Assembly (NCBI GenBank): GCA_017430465.1 | Contig: JAFRMZ010000276.1 | Location: forward strand, 3,957 to 67,956 | Length of the DNA stretch: 64,000 nt | Reading direction: 5' to 3' | From: Oscillospiraceae bacterium | GTDB lineage: Bacteria; Bacillota; Clostridia; Oscillospirales; Ruminococcaceae | Shown: in pieces, positions 26,759-34,900 of the stretch | How the letters are laid out: each line of letters opens with the position of its first letter | Numbering within the stretch: the stretch's first letter is position 1 | Program-made: the position numbers and the translations under genes | Notes under the pieces: model-generated | What the model was told of the DNA's origin: nothing | Databases searched by the model: none | What the model saw: only the letters and a program-made list of their open reading frames with translations

Positions 26759-28048
26759 TTATAATTCTGCTTTGACTTCGACACTGCCAAGACTGCGAAT
26801 CTGGAAAACATGACAACGGTCAATGCCAAGATAGGTTTCTATCTGCATCTTGAAATCATTGACAAGTTCCAGAGGTACATAAGCCTGCACCGTTCCGGCA
26901 AAGCCTCCGCCATGTACACGGACAGCACCCTGACTGCCGAGAATATGTTCACATAATGCGATAGTAACAGCAACTTCCTGCTTTTCAGGCTTGTCATAAA
27001 CAGAAACATTCTGAAGATACCGGAAAGAGGACAGACCCGAAGCTTTTACTTCTTCCAGATATGCCTTGAAATTATCGTTCTGCAAGGCGGTCACTTGTCT
27101 GCTGACACGTTTGTCATCAGCAAAATAATGCATTGCACGAAGTACGGCTCTGTCACCGCAGGTACGGCGGAATCCTGCCAGATGAGACATAAATTCCGTT
27201 TCGGTGATTTCCGAAAGCTTTTCTTTGCTGAACATCTTTGCAATATTGCCCATTTCGGCTGGAATGGAAGCATAAGCATCTGTCAAGTCGGCATGGTCTG
27301 CACCGGTGTCAATAATACACAGGGCATAGCCTTCTTTCTGCAAATCTACAGAAACCGGCGTGATTTCTGGTTCTTCGGATTTGAAATCAATTGCAATGAT
27401 GCCCCCGTAAGCACAGGCCATCTGGTCCATCAGTCCGCATGGCTTGCCGAAATAGAGATTTTCAGCATACTGGCCGATTTTGGCGATTTCTACAGCATTT
27501 ACCTGAGAATCTGCAAAAAAGACAGAACAGATAGTTCCGGCAAGCACTTCAAACGCCGCAGAAGAAGATAATCCCGAACCACGCAGAATGTCAGATGTTG
27601 TATAAGCATCAAAGCCGGTGACGGGATAGCCCATTTCCGTGAATTTTGAAGCAATACCCCGAAGCAGTGCGCCGGAAGTATTCAGTTCATCTTCCTGCGG
27701 ATTAAGGTCGGATAAATCCACAAAGTCGGGATTCATGCCCTCAGATTTCAGGTGAATTTCCTGATTGTCACGCTTGCAGGCAATAGCAATAATATCAGTA
27801 TTGACGCTTCCGGCAAGGACATGACCACCCTGATGGTCGGTATGGTTTCCGCCGAGTTCTGTTCTGCCGGGGGCAGAAAACAAAGCAATTTCCGTGCTGT
27901 CCTCTGCACTGAATTCTTTCTGAAAGGCTTTGACGGCGTTCAGAAAACGTGTTCTGTAAGGCGTGCAGTCATTACAGGCATACAGGGATTTCAGACAGGT
28001 ATCAAATTGGCCTTGTTTCAGTGCGCTCATAGTGTCATGAAGGTTCAT
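26759..28048 (-). CDS. galK: galactokinase (GHMP kinase)
   Basis: 429 aa. GRTELGGNHTDHQGG signature region and GHMP motif GSGLSSSAAFE. Confidence 0.85.
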   Translation of the reverse strand: MNLHDTMSALKQGQFDTCLKSLYACNDCTPYRTRFLNAVKAFQKEFSAEDSTEIALFSAPGRTELGGNHTDHQGGHVLAGSVNTDIIAIACKRDNQEIHLKSEGMNPDFVDLSDLNPQEDELNTSGALLRGIASKFTEMGYPVTGFDAYTTSDILRGSGLSSSAAFEVLAGTICSVFFADSQVNAVEIAKIGQYAENLYFGKPCGLMDQMACAYGGIIAIDFKSEEPEITPVSVDLQKEGYALCIIDTGADHADLTDAYASIPAEMGNIAKMFSKEKLSEITETEFMSHLAGFRRTCGDRAVLRAMHYFADDKRVSRQVTALQNDNFKAYLEEVKASGLSSFRYLQNVSVYDKPEKQEVAVTIALCEHILGSQGAVRVHGGGFAGTVQAYVPLELVNDFKMQIETYLGIDRCHVFQIRSLGSVEVKAEL

Positions 28049-28162
28049 AAATTCCCACTCCTAGCATTGATATAAAATTCTCTATGATACTAGTATATAA
28101 CAAAATTTTTATTTTTGCAAGTGGTTTTTGAAAAAAGTTTGATTTTTGTGCAAATTTCCGGA

Positions 28163-29962
28163 CTATTCGACTTGCAGGCAGATTCCGGAAAATGCCGGAA
28201 GGGAAAGAACAAATTCTCCGTGACTGCCTTCTATTATCATGCCGGCAGTGTCGGGACGTGTTCCGCTGTAGATGTCAGCACTCGAATCCAGCAGAACTGT
28301 CAGCTTTTTGGCATCGCAGTGCAGAATATAATGTTCCTGCGGTGTGCCCGCAAAATTAAATACACCAATGACAGATTCTTTCGAGGAATTACGCTTGATA
28401 GCATAACAGCAGGGATAATTCTGCCTGCAGTCCAGCCATTCAAAACCGCCTTCTGTATAATCACGTTCAAACAGGGCGGAATGTTTGAGATAGAGATGAT
28501 TCAGCTTCTTGATATAGTGATAAAAAGCATCATGAATCGGATATTTCAGCATAAACCAGTCCTGCTCACGGGTTTCGTCCCATTCACGGAGCTGACCGAA
28601 TTCACTGCCCATAAAGTCAAGAAGCTTTCCGGGATGGATGGCGTTATACATATAGAAAGCCCTTGCCTGTGCAAATTTACCGTCATACAGGCCGTGCATT
28701 TTCTGGAGAACGGTTGCTTTTCCGTGAACGTTCTCGTCATGGGAAAAAGGCAGGATATAATATTCTGTATGATAATACATCATAGAAAATGTCAGCTTGT
28801 CATAGTTGCCGTAGCGGTAAAGCGGGTCAGTGCGGAAGTAATCAAGTGTATCGTTCATATAGCCCATATCCCATTTATAGTCAAAACCAAGTCCGTCGCT
28901 CCATACCGGTGCAGTGACTTTCGGAAAATCTGTAGAATCTTCGGCGCAGAGCATACAGCTTGGAAATTTTGCTTTCAGGCCGGAATTCATATTTCTGATA
29001 AAGTTCAGGGCGTTGTTGTTGACACCGCATTCCTTTTTGCCGTGCCAGTAAATCAGCCGGCTGATGGCATCCATGCGCAGACCGTCAAAATGAAATTCTT
29101 CCAGCCAGTAACATGCGCTGGATTGCAGAAAACTCTGTACTTCGCCTTTGGAATGCATAAAATTATAGCTTCCCCATTCGCTGATGCCTGCACGGGCATC
29201 CGGATATTCATATAAAGGCATACCGTCAAAATTTGCCAGTCCGTAGCTGTCTATGGCAAAATGCACAAGAACAAAATCCAGAAGGACACCAATATGATTC
29301 TGATGCAGTTTGTCAATCAGGATTTTTAACTGCCTTGCTGTTCCATAACGTGAAGTAGGCGCAAAAAATCCAGTGTTCTGATACCCCCACGAGGCATCAC
29401 ATGGATGCTCCGCAAGAGGCATGAATTCTACATAGTTATAGCCTGCTTCTTTCAGATAGGGAATTAATAAATCTGCAATTTCTTCATAGTTATAGAATGC
29501 ACCGGTTTCCTCATCGGGATTTTGCTTTTTCTGTTTCCAAGACCCCAGATGCAGTTCATAAATATGCAGAGGCTTGTCTTTGCAGTCGCTCCGCTGACGC
29601 ATCCAGTTGCTGTCGTGAAATGTGTAGTCGGACAAGTCACGGATGACAGAACAAAATGCTGGACGCAAATCCATCCCGAAGCCGTAAGGGTCGCAGTGTT
29701 CTGTATATGTGCCGTCTTTATGCCAGATTCTGTATAAATATCGCTGTCCGGCCTTTGCCTGCGCAACGGTGATTTCCCAGAACTGATTGTTGAAACTGCT
29801 GTTCATTTCCCAGTCCTGCCAGTCATTGAATTCGCCTGTCAGCGTGATGCGGTGTGCATGGGGCGCATATACCCGAAAAAGATAGCCTTCTTTTGCCTTA
29901 TGTGCTCCGAGATAATAATGGGCATTGAAAATTTTTCCTGTATAAAATCCGTAAATATCCAA
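28163..29962 (-). CDS. glgB: 1,4-alpha-glucan branching enzyme (GH13)
   Basis: GH13 motifs DFVLVHF, HFDGLRMDAISRL and CAEDST. Probable TTG start at 29962 (M)DIYGFYTG, 7 nt after GGAGGA. The ORF track start 30004 is less likely. Confidence 0.9.
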   Translation of the reverse strand: MDIYGFYTGKIFNAHYYLGAHKAKEGYLFRVYAPHAHRITLTGEFNDWQDWEMNSSFNNQFWEITVAQAKAGQRYLYRIWHKDGTYTEHCDPYGFGMDLRPAFCSVIRDLSDYTFHDSNWMRQRSDCKDKPLHIYELHLGSWKQKKQNPDEETGAFYNYEEIADLLIPYLKEAGYNYVEFMPLAEHPCDASWGYQNTGFFAPTSRYGTARQLKILIDKLHQNHIGVLLDFVLVHFAIDSYGLANFDGMPLYEYPDARAGISEWGSYNFMHSKGEVQSFLQSSACYWLEEFHFDGLRMDAISRLIYWHGKKECGVNNNALNFIRNMNSGLKAKFPSCMLCAEDSTDFPKVTAPVWSDGLGFDYKWDMGYMNDTLDYFRTDPLYRYGNYDKLTFSMMYYHTEYYILPFSHDENVHGKATVLQKMHGLYDGKFAQARAFYMYNAIHPGKLLDFMGSEFGQLREWDETREQDWFMLKYPIHDAFYHYIKKLNHLYLKHSALFERDYTEGGFEWLDCRQNYPCCYAIKRNSSKESVIGVFNFAGTPQEHYILHCDAKKLTVLLDSSADIYSGTRPDTAGMIIEGSHGEFVLSLPAFSGICLQVE

Positions 29963-30179
29963 AAAATATCCTCCTCTTGAAAAAAGCTTGAAAAATACTT
30001 GCATAATCCTGTAAAATCTGCTATAATAAAATCAATGTCATACTGTAATTATATAATGTATAAAAACAGCTTATCAATATTATAGCTTGTTTTCTGCAAA
30101 TATGCAATCTGTATTTTTTGATGTCAGTCGCTTAAACGACTGAAATCAGAATCTATCTATTATAGAAAGGAGGATATTT

Positions 30180-30764
30180 ATGGATTTAAGACAACAGCGT
30201 ACCAGAAGAAATATTATCAATGCGTTTCTTTCTCTGCGGAGCGAAAAACCGCTTGAAAAAATTACCATCCGTGAACTCGCTGAAAAAGCTCCCATTCATA
30301 AAGCAACATTCTATCTGCATTATCATGATATTTATGAACTTTCAGAATCTCTGGAAAAAGAAGTGATTGATGAGATTCTCAACGGCCTTTCCGACCCTGC
30401 CCAGCTCCTGACAGATACCGAACGCTTCAATGAGGAATTATACTGCCTGCTGATGGCCAATGAAAGCCTTCTGGGAATTCTCTTTTCCGGAAGCCGTTCC
30501 GGAATGCTGGCCGTCCGCCTCGAAGCACGGCTGAAGGATTACATCTTCTCACGCCACCAGAACTGGAATACTCCCGAAATCAATGTTGTTCTGACATATC
30601 TCATTCAGGGAGCTTACTGCACCTACATGCAGTACCGGCATCAGCATCCCAAAGAAGTCCTGCTCATGATAAACAATATGGCAGGTGCTGTTCTGCGGAT
30701 GTATACCCAGAAAGCAGAGCTGGAATGCACGCCCGAAGCAGAACAGAAACAGCAGATTTCATAA
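30180..30764 (+). CDS. TetR/AcrR-family transcriptional regulator
   Basis: 194 aa. N-terminal HTH RTRRNIINAFLSLRSEKPLEKITIRELAEKAPIHKATFYLHY. AAAGGAGGA RBS. Confidence 0.85.
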   Translation: MDLRQQRTRRNIINAFLSLRSEKPLEKITIRELAEKAPIHKATFYLHYHDIYELSESLEKEVIDEILNGLSDPAQLLTDTERFNEELYCLLMANESLLGILFSGSRSGMLAVRLEARLKDYIFSRHQNWNTPEINVVLTYLIQGAYCTYMQYRHQHPKEVLLMINNMAGAVLRMYTQKAELECTPEAEQKQQIS

Positions 30765-31016
30765 AATTTGTTCATTTTTTTGCACAAGATTCTAAAAAAA
30801 GAAGCTTTCTGTTTACAAATGCTATCTCGATTTTGTGAAATTTGTACAAAGAATAGAGCGAAATAACAGGAATTAAAAATTAAATATTTTTACTTATATA
30901 ATAAAAAGTTTTCAATTGCATGGATGATTCCCTTGAAAAATTACTTTTTGTATACTTGCGCTGACCGTTTAGTGAAAATTTCTAAAAAAATTTTCTGGAT
31001 TTATGTAAAAATACAG

Positions 31017-31045
31017 TTGCATTTTTTTCAGGCAGATGGTATAAT
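31017..31045 (+). promoter_or_regulatory. candidate sigma-A promoter of the pilus machinery operon
   Basis: TTGCAT (31017..31022), 17 nt, TATAAT (31040..31045) with TGG upstream. It is followed by an imperfect leader hairpin at 31055..31084. Confidence 0.45.
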
Positions 31046-31123
31046 TAAGATACTGGGATATTATGCTGAAATGCATAAATATCCAAAAACTATGAAAGCC
31101 CAAATTTTATTGGAGGTGGTCAA

Positions 31124-32320
31124 ATGAAAAGTTTTTCCTATGTTGCAACTACAACAACTGGTAAACAGGTAAAAGGTACTGTCAATGCGGATGATGTGAA
31201 AGAATTTCAAAAGCAGATGAAAGACAAAGGCTATACTGTTACCAAGTACGAGGAAAAAGAAATCGAAAAGAAAAAGACTATCAAGAACTTCCAGACAAAA
31301 GACTTGGCCTTTAACTGCCGTCAGCTTGCCGCTATGCTGACCTCCGGTCTGACTCTGGTAAAAGCACTTGATATTCTGAGCAAGGAACAACCAACAGAAG
31401 ATGCTAAGGAAGTCTGGCAGGATGTGTACGAAAACGTACAGAAAGGTGAATCGTTCTCCGATGCACTGATGAGATACAGAGGTGTCTTCCCCGACTTCAT
31501 GGTCGCCATGGTTTCCGCCGGCGAACAGTCCGGTTCTCTGGATACTATCATGCAGGACTTGTCAGATTATTATCAGAAACAAAATAAACTGAATAATACT
31601 GTCAAGGGTGCTATGACATATCCTATTGTACTCGGCGTGCTGATGTTGGTTATCATCATCTTCATGTTCGTGTTTATCATGCCGACATTCGCAAACATGT
31701 ACGAAAATCCGGACGATATGCCGGCACTGACAAAGGTCATGATGGGCTTTAGTGACTCTCTTGTGCATCAGTGGTATATCTATGTTGCAGTGATTGCAGG
31801 TGCTGTTTTTGGTGTGACTTACATGATGAAAATACCCTCTACCCGCCTGAAATGGGATAAGCTGATTATTACTATGCCGACTGTCGGCCCTCTGGTAGGT
31901 AAAATCTATACAGCTCGTTTTGCTAATACAATGGCTTCCCTGTATTCTTCCGGTATCTCTATGGTGGACTGCCTGAGACGTTCCGCAGATATTCTCGGCA
32001 ACAGCTATATTTCATTCAAGTTTGAAGACGTTATCAGCGAAGTAAAACAGGGCGAAACACTTTCTTCCTCTATCCAGAGAACAGAAATTTTTGACTCCAT
32101 GTTCTGCTCCATTGTTTACGTTGGTGAAGAAGCCGGTGCGCTGGACTCTATTCTGAAAAAAACCGGTGAATACTATGACGAAGAAGCCGACTCCGCTGTC
32201 AGCCGTCTGGTAGGACTGCTCGAACCGCTGATGATTATCATCATGGGCGTTGCCGTAGGTCTGCTGCTTGCAGCCGTATTCCCGGCACTGTATGGCTCTT
32301 TCGATGCTATCGCAGCTTAA
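31124..32320 (+). CDS. pilC: type IV pilus platform protein (GspF/PilC family)
   Basis: 398 aa. Two T2SSF-type repeats and three TM segments. GGAGGTGG RBS. Confidence 0.9.
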   Translation: MKSFSYVATTTTGKQVKGTVNADDVKEFQKQMKDKGYTVTKYEEKEIEKKKTIKNFQTKDLAFNCRQLAAMLTSGLTLVKALDILSKEQPTEDAKEVWQDVYENVQKGESFSDALMRYRGVFPDFMVAMVSAGEQSGSLDTIMQDLSDYYQKQNKLNNTVKGAMTYPIVLGVLMLVIIIFMFVFIMPTFANMYENPDDMPALTKVMMGFSDSLVHQWYIYVAVIAGAVFGVTYMMKIPSTRLKWDKLIITMPTVGPLVGKIYTARFANTMASLYSSGISMVDCLRRSADILGNSYISFKFEDVISEVKQGETLSSSIQRTEIFDSMFCSIVYVGEEAGALDSILKKTGEYYDEEADSAVSRLVGLLEPLMIIIMGVAVGLLLAAVFPALYGSFDAIAA

Positions 32321-32352
32321 TTTTATCCAAAAACAGAGAGGTGGAAAAGTAA

Positions 32353-34005
32353 ATGCTTTCATTTGATATTACTGATAAGAATATCCGAATTGTTAAAGGT
32401 ACAGAAAGCAGCAACAAAATCAGAATCACTGCTGCTACTGAACTGGAACTCAACGAATCCGTTATTGTTAACGGCCATGTAAATGACATCAACCGTGTCG
32501 CTGGTATGATTAACCGTGCTCTGAAAGATGCCAATATCGCCGACAAGGAAGCCGTTATTTCAATTTCTTCCAACCAGACAGTCTTCAAAGAACTGATGAT
32601 TCCTCCGAATCCGAAGGAATCGGAATTTATGAAGAATGTCCGCTTAGAACTGAAAAATCAGATTAATATTGACGATTCTTATGCCGTGGCCTATGTTGTT
32701 GTCGGTGAGCCGGAAGATGACGAAAACGGCGGTAAAGTACAGAAAATTCTTGCTACTGCCTGCCCGCAGGATGTAATAGACAGCTACAAGAGAATTTTCA
32801 ATAATCTTAATATTCAGTTGAAATCTATCATGATTGGCTGTAACGCTATCACAAAAGTACTGCTTGCAGACGGCAAAAATAAAGCCAAAATGCCCTTGCT
32901 CGCTGTACAGGTGGATGCAAACTTCATCAGCCTGAACCTGTATGAAAACAATACACTGTCATTCTCCCGTTTCGCTTCTATTGACCCGGAAGACTATGAC
33001 CATCCTGATGATTATATCTTTGAAGCTGTTAACGAAAATATCTACCGTATGCTTCAGTTCGCAAGAATCAGAGGCTCGGAAGAAATTAGAAACGTTGTCT
33101 TCTACGGCGATATTGATGCACAGCCCGATTTGTATAAGCGGGTTCAGGAAGAACAGAAATCTAATGATATTGAAATCAGCCGTCTGGAAGCACCAAACCA
33201 GATTCACGGCCATCAGAATCTGAATTTCTCACTGTATGCCAACGCTATCGGCGGTATGTTCAGACGTGACAAGCTGACAGAACATATCAATCTGCTGGAA
33301 ACAGAAGCTATCGGAAGCGGTATTGCAGGAAAAGTTCCGCAGGATGACCACTCTTTCAATATCGTTGCAATCGCCGGTGTCGCTTTTGCTGCCGTGGTTG
33401 TCGGTGTTGCATTTGGTGTGTTGGCTGGTATAGATGCCAACTATAAAAAGCAGACCGCTGACCTCCGTGCAACGATTGATTCTCCGGAAACCGCTGCAAA
33501 GCTTCAGCAATATGATGACTTGCAGGTGATGAAAGAAACCGTCCATAACTATACTGTAAATATCGTCAATGCAAGAGATGCGTATAACTCTCAGCCGATA
33601 ATCAAAGAATCTGTCTATACCGCTGTCGAAGAAGCACTCGAAAATGTGATGTCACAGACAGATTCTACCTCCGAATCTCCGGAATACTCCATTGATTATG
33701 CAGATGGCGTGCTCACTGTTCCTGTTACGATTACTTCTTCCGAAGAATTCGCCCAGAAGTATCCTACTAATCTGGTACAGTATCTCTATGAAACCTATGG
33801 CGAAGAAGCTACTGATGCAGAAAACCGTTTCTTCTCCAGCGTAGAGTATACGGGCTATGATGTAGATATTATAACTGGTGATAACAATCAGCAGACACAA
33901 AAAATTTCTTTTGAACTGGCTCTGACACTGCGTCCTGAACAAGTGCCGGAAATCATTGAAGAAGAGGAAACTGTTGCTGAAGAAACCACTGCGGAAGCAG
34001 AGTAA
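32353..34005 (+). CDS. pilM: PilM-like actin-fold pilus assembly protein fused to a TM segment and an extracytoplasmic PilN-like region
   Basis: 550 aa. PilM-like N-terminal ~320 aa, TM FNIVAIAGVAFAAVVVGVAFGVLAGI, then a ~190-aa acidic extracellular region. Confidence 0.75.
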   Translation: MLSFDITDKNIRIVKGTESSNKIRITAATELELNESVIVNGHVNDINRVAGMINRALKDANIADKEAVISISSNQTVFKELMIPPNPKESEFMKNVRLELKNQINIDDSYAVAYVVVGEPEDDENGGKVQKILATACPQDVIDSYKRIFNNLNIQLKSIMIGCNAITKVLLADGKNKAKMPLLAVQVDANFISLNLYENNTLSFSRFASIDPEDYDHPDDYIFEAVNENIYRMLQFARIRGSEEIRNVVFYGDIDAQPDLYKRVQEEQKSNDIEISRLEAPNQIHGHQNLNFSLYANAIGGMFRRDKLTEHINLLETEAIGSGIAGKVPQDDHSFNIVAIAGVAFAAVVVGVAFGVLAGIDANYKKQTADLRATIDSPETAAKLQQYDDLQVMKETVHNYTVNIVNARDAYNSQPIIKESVYTAVEEALENVMSQTDSTSESPEYSIDYADGVLTVPVTITSSEEFAQKYPTNLVQYLYETYGEEATDAENRFFSSVEYTGYDVDIITGDNNQQTQKISFELALTLRPEQVPEIIEEEETVAEETTAEAE

Positions 34006-34027
34006 TCAAAAAGGAGTGTGATACACC

Positions 34028-34861
34028 ATGATGCGTGAAATGAGTTATAGAGACAAAATGATTCTTCTGATTATCAGTGTGATTATTATTCTGGCTGTCG
34101 GCTTCTTTGCACTGATTCGCCCGAAATATAATTCACTGGTGGCAGACAGAGCTACTTATGAAGAAACTAAGACCGAATGGGAAGGCATTGATGCAAAATT
34201 ACAACAGATTCCCGTCCTCAAAGAAGCTATCACGGCAGAATACAAAGATTCCAGCAAGATTGCTGAAATGTTCGTCAGTGATGTGTTTCAGCCCGTCAAT
34301 GATACATTCGATAACCTGAAGGCAAATTATGTTCTCGAACAATATATCCAAGAGAAAATTGATGAAAGCGAACTGAAAATGAGAAGCCTTGAAATTGGTG
34401 GTATTTCTTCTCAGAATCTGGATTACTACTACTATACCCCTGATGTGCTGACTTATTCTTTGCTGGAAAGTGCCGACGTTAACGGCAATTATGCTCAGCA
34501 GGTAACAGATTTGCTGAAAACTAGCACAACTCTTTCCGAAAGAGAAACCGCAGAAGTAATGACAAATACTCTCACTCTTAACCTGTCCGGCAAGAAAGAA
34601 AGTCTCATGGCCTTCCTCACTAAGATGATTGAAGAAGAAGAAAATGCTGTACGTGTTACCAGCGTTTCTATTGAAGACTATACTTTCGGCGAAGGCCAGA
34701 CACAGACAATTACTGAACAGCAGACAAATCCTGACGGTACTGTTACTGAAGTGACAAGAGAAGTTCCGCTTGCTTCTGATGGTCAGGGTGAATCTGAAAT
34801 GGAAATCAGTATTACATTCTACAATGCAATGCCGATTGACCAGCCTGTTCTCGGCGATTGA
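34028..34861 (+). CDS. PilO-like bitopic pilus assembly protein
   Basis: 277 aa. N-terminal TM (MILLIISVIIILAVGFFALI), coiled-coil and C-terminal domain. The call rests on position and topology. Confidence 0.55.
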   Translation: MMREMSYRDKMILLIISVIIILAVGFFALIRPKYNSLVADRATYEETKTEWEGIDAKLQQIPVLKEAITAEYKDSSKIAEMFVSDVFQPVNDTFDNLKANYVLEQYIQEKIDESELKMRSLEIGGISSQNLDYYYYTPDVLTYSLLESADVNGNYAQQVTDLLKTSTTLSERETAEVMTNTLTLNLSGKKESLMAFLTKMIEEEENAVRVTSVSIEDYTFGEGQTQTITEQQTNPDGTVTEVTREVPLASDGQGESEMEISITFYNAMPIDQPVLGD

Positions 34862-34900
34862 GGAAAGAAATGAGACACTTCATCGTGAAAGGTGGTTAGA

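Noticed and set aside
28115-29215. 366-aa plus-strand ORF
   Set aside because: It is antisense to glgB, which carries clear GH13 motifs. No RBS or motif is present.
30924-31127. 67-aa plus-strand ORF just upstream of pilC
   Set aside because: It spans the predicted -35/-10 promoter and leader of pilC, has no RBS and gives an AT-rich-driven K/I/F/Y-rich translation.
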